The position numbers were made by a program, and so were the translations under genes. From assembly GCA_022813965.1 (NCBI GenBank), contig JALDZS010000051.1:1-64000 (forward strand): a stretch of 64,000 nucleotides of DNA. Direction: 5' to 3'. How positions within the stretch are numbered: the stretch's first letter is position 1; the number at the start of each line of letters is the position of its first letter. This document shows, piece by piece, positions 60,893 to 64,000 of the stretch. Under the pieces are notes generated by a model. The model saw only the letters and a program-made list of their open reading frames with translations. It had not been told where the DNA came from and made no database searches. Origin of the DNA: Toensbergia leucococca. Its lineage: Eukaryota.

Positions 60893-62967
60893 ATGTCAGT
60901 TCAGGGTGGAGCTCACATATACATCGGCCCATGGGTCAATTGGGACCGCGGTCTCATCCTAGGCAGCACAATCACTCTCTCTTCTCGTGACGGCGGTCTG
61001 CTCACTGCCTTCCTTGCCCTGTTCGTCTCCACCGCGGGCGTCGCGCTATGGAAGATTATAAGCTACACTCTCCATCAGATTCGTGCAAGTCGAGACTTCC
61101 AAGATGGCCTTCACCATCAGCAGCAATTAATCCTTCGCAATGTCGGTTCGCCCGCCTCCTCTTCGTGGGAACTGTCAAAACTCTTCTTTTACTGGTGGCG
61201 ATGTGCCGAGAGGCCGCTCCTACGATCCGTGCCTCTGGCTTTGCTCGCCCTCTGTAACCTAGTTTTATTCGGCCTTGCGGGCATCTTCTCATCTGAAGTT
61301 ACCAAAGCCGCCGGCAATGAAACCTTGATTGTCTCCCCAGATTGTGGATTTTTCTTCCTCAACGAGACAGACCGTGACACTGCACAGTCTGCTTATAACT
61401 CCAGAGTTTTGAATGGTACCATCACGGCATCAGGCTACGCTCGCGCATGCTACGGCCAGAGTCAAAACGTGCTTGAGTGCAATCAATACGTACAACAGCA
61501 GCTGACATGGACCACCAATCAGAACGCCTCCTGCCCTTTCTCGCCTGAACTATGCGTCTACGGCCCAACCTCCGGCTATGAGATGGATACTGGACCTATT
61601 GACTCACACACAATGCTCGGCATAAACGCTCCGGAAGAGGACCGAGTCACATACAGGAAAGTCAGCACTTGCTCCGTCATTCACACCCGAAACTACACTA
61701 CAGAATGGAACAATACCGACCCCAGCGACATCGCCTATGGAGACACCTATCAGCGATTTTGGTACGGAGGGCTTCCTGGGATTTCAAATTACACTTATGC
61801 ATATAACGAACACGCCATTATCGACAATAACGGATACACCCTCACGTATGTATCAAAATTGCCAGTAGCTTCTTTTGCCTATGCAACCGCTCACGAATTA
61901 TCTCTAGATCCTTGTCCAGCTACGCCAGGGGCAGCAGCAACGCATGGTTTCCTGCACCCGCCCTTAATCGTACTGATGCCGATGTTTCTCTCTTCCTCCT
62001 CGCACCCAACAGCATTACATACCAAGCCCCTGTGTATGATCCATTCTTCTACGCTACGCTAGAATCTCAGACACCCGACGCTAGCACCGACGATAAAACC
62101 AATTTGTCATATTGGTCCTCCAATTATTTTGTCCATGCCATGGCTTGCACCGATCAACACCAATATTGCAATCCTGGCAACGGACAATGCACAGCTTTGA
62201 CTGGTGCCGACATAGCAATCAAAGAATATACACAGCTAGGCATGTCTGCCAAGCAGGTAGTCACTGCGGGCCGGTTAGCTGGAAATCATATGTTCTACAA
62301 CATGTACTTCAGTGTTAGCGGACGCGGCAGTAGTGCACTCCGAGCGACAGAGACAGTCTATGACCTCTCCCAAATGCCTCTTCCAGACACCCAGTGGATG
62401 ATCGAGATAAATTCTTGGTTCGCCGTTGGAATGGCCAGACTGCAGCAACTGGTTGTCGAATTCGCAACCGGGCCGCACCTACAAGCGGGGGCGTACATTA
62501 TGAAACCCGCCGACTCGACTGCAGAGCACATGTGCTACGCCCAGAAAGTGCGAAGCGGCGCAGGCATCTTGTCATTTTCGGTGCTGGGCGTGGCCATCAT
62601 CTTAGTCCTCGGTGCCATACTCATCTTCATAAGCTTCACCCTCGACGTCGTAGTGGGCTTCATCCAAAGAAAAATGAACAAGGGCGATTACAAGCGAGTG
62701 CAGTGGCAGGTGGACGAGAAACTCCAGATGCAGCGCTTGGCTTACGAGGAAGCGGGTATGGGCACGTGGACCGGTGGAGCCAGCGCGGTGCCGACTACGT
62801 TGAAAGGCGATCGCTTTGGGGTGCCGGAGGAGGTCGATAAGGAGCATGTGAGGTTGGGAAATGGGCGTCATCGGAGGGAGGGGAGCGAGACTGGGGGGAG
62901 TGCCGAGGCGCAGAGTTTGATGGGGACGGATAAGGATGCGTTTCGTGTGCAGACGGTGACTCTTTAG
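60893..62967 (+). CDS. Uncharacterised fungal multi-pass membrane glycoprotein with a large Cys-rich luminal/extracellular domain
   Basis: Intron 61846-61907 joins two ORFs. Two N-terminal TM helices, many NxS/T sites and Cys residues, and one C-terminal TM (FSVLGVAIILVLGAILIFIS). Confidence 0.8.
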
Positions 62968-63296
62968 AGTTGGTTGGTAGAGCATATTGGGTATGGTATT
63001 GGTATCATGTGGGCCGGAGGGGGTTTTTTTTTGGAATTTATATTGTTGGGGGGCATTTGGGACAGGTTTTGAGGGTCTTGATGGTCTGATTTTTCTTTCT
63101 GTTGGGGGAAGCGCGACGGAGAGAGAACCTTTTTGGGCGTCTTTTGATGGAGTTTGCTTACTTGGGTTAGTTAAAAGAGAGAGAAGTGGTAGATTTGGCC
63201 CTTGTTTCTATCAGCAATTGAATGAGATCCACCTGTACGCGGTGCCGGCTACGAACCTGTTGTTACTGCTTGCAGTATTCAGCAGAGCCTAGAAAT

Positions 63297-63562
63297 CTCC
63301 ACAAAGACTGGATCTATTTACGTGTAGATAGATCTACAAACGCGACATCGGAAGCCCATTGTACAATGGCCAGCATCCACCCCAAAGATCAGGTCTATCC
63401 ACGCGTGGATAGGTCTACAAAAAATATGACTTCGGAAGCCCATTGCACAGCATGAATGACCAGCCTCCACCCCCAACGATCAGGTCTATTCACGCGTGAA
63501 CAGATCTATCAAAAACATGACTTCAGAAGCTCATTGCACAGCATGAATGATCAGCATCCACT
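63297..63562. repeat. Three tandem 81-91 bp repeats, each with a palindromic core
   Basis: TCCAC...GRTCTAT...AGRTCTA...GAAGCYCATTG recurs three times, with cores centred at about 63322, 63403 and 63494. Confidence 0.88.
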
Positions 63563-64000
63563 CTATCAACATACACTGAATCTGAACGCTCAGCTTTCAA
63601 TGCGTCATGCCCGTGTCAACAGCTGTCAATAAGATCTAATAGAAGTTCATGAGTAAGGCAACTTCTCATCCTGAGTATCTACATCAATATTCATGACCTA
63701 TGATGAATCACACTGTCAAGGATTTTGAGTCAGCAGCAATGCAGGATTTCCTCATGCTCAATCATCTGAGTGTGTGCAGTCATAGATGGACTTTTAGCTG
63801 TATACCCCCTAGAGACTCGCAAGTTTTTCACCTGACATAAGGTTTTCTTGCACATATGTATCTTAGTTGTCATAGCCTTAAGACTGCATGCAGAAGTGAT
63901 GAAATAAAATAAAATAAAATATCAGCAATTGAAAAAGTGTGACTCAAGGCTTCTTTTTTTTTCTTTGCCTCTTTTGATGAAGAGATGTTGATTGATGTCT
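63563..64000. other. CpG-depleted, TG/CA-rich non-coding DNA, probably the edge of a mutated repeat
   Basis: Only a handful of CG dinucleotides, many TG/CA, and no ORF. Confidence 0.45.

Noticed and set aside
2632..63455. Numerous antisense/overlapping ORFs in the six-frame track
   Set aside because: They are shadows of real GC-rich coding exons or low-complexity DNA, and many use non-ATG starts.
63297..63562. CRISPR-like palindromic repeat-spacer array
   Set aside because: The sequences between palindromes are themselves repeated, so this is a plain tandem repeat.

Overview
Eukaryotic DNA from a filamentous ascomycete (Pezizomycotina), judged from short GT-AG introns with CTRAY branch sites and the gene families present; the species cannot be determined here. 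Bases 1-2630 are AT-rich, hypermutated (RIP-like) repeat DNA. They contain a solo LTR with a perfect 5-bp target-site duplication, a second truncated copy, and a ~160-bp tandem satellite with fold-back units. From ~2.8 to ~63 kb lie about 18 mostly housekeeping genes: ITT1, TDA3, CRT10, a TAP-like hydrolase, CAX4, GYP7, a Rei1-family paralogue, HUS1, a GAS2-domain protein, a small membrane protein, PUF3, NEO1, SEC16, an uncharacterised fungal protein, a secreted GPI-type protein, TSC2, CSE1 and a Cys-rich membrane glycoprotein. The window ends in palindrome-bearing tandem repeats and CpG-depleted DNA. The strongest novelty candidates are (i) a secreted, probably GPI-anchored protein whose spliced sequence resembles a truncated (2/2) globin, (ii) an adjacent ORF-less, hairpin-rich, apparently spliced locus with an Sm-like site, and (iii) a structured long intron and tandem SreA-type GATA sites at CRT10. 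All calls come from manual reading and motif recognition; no searches or folding programs were run.
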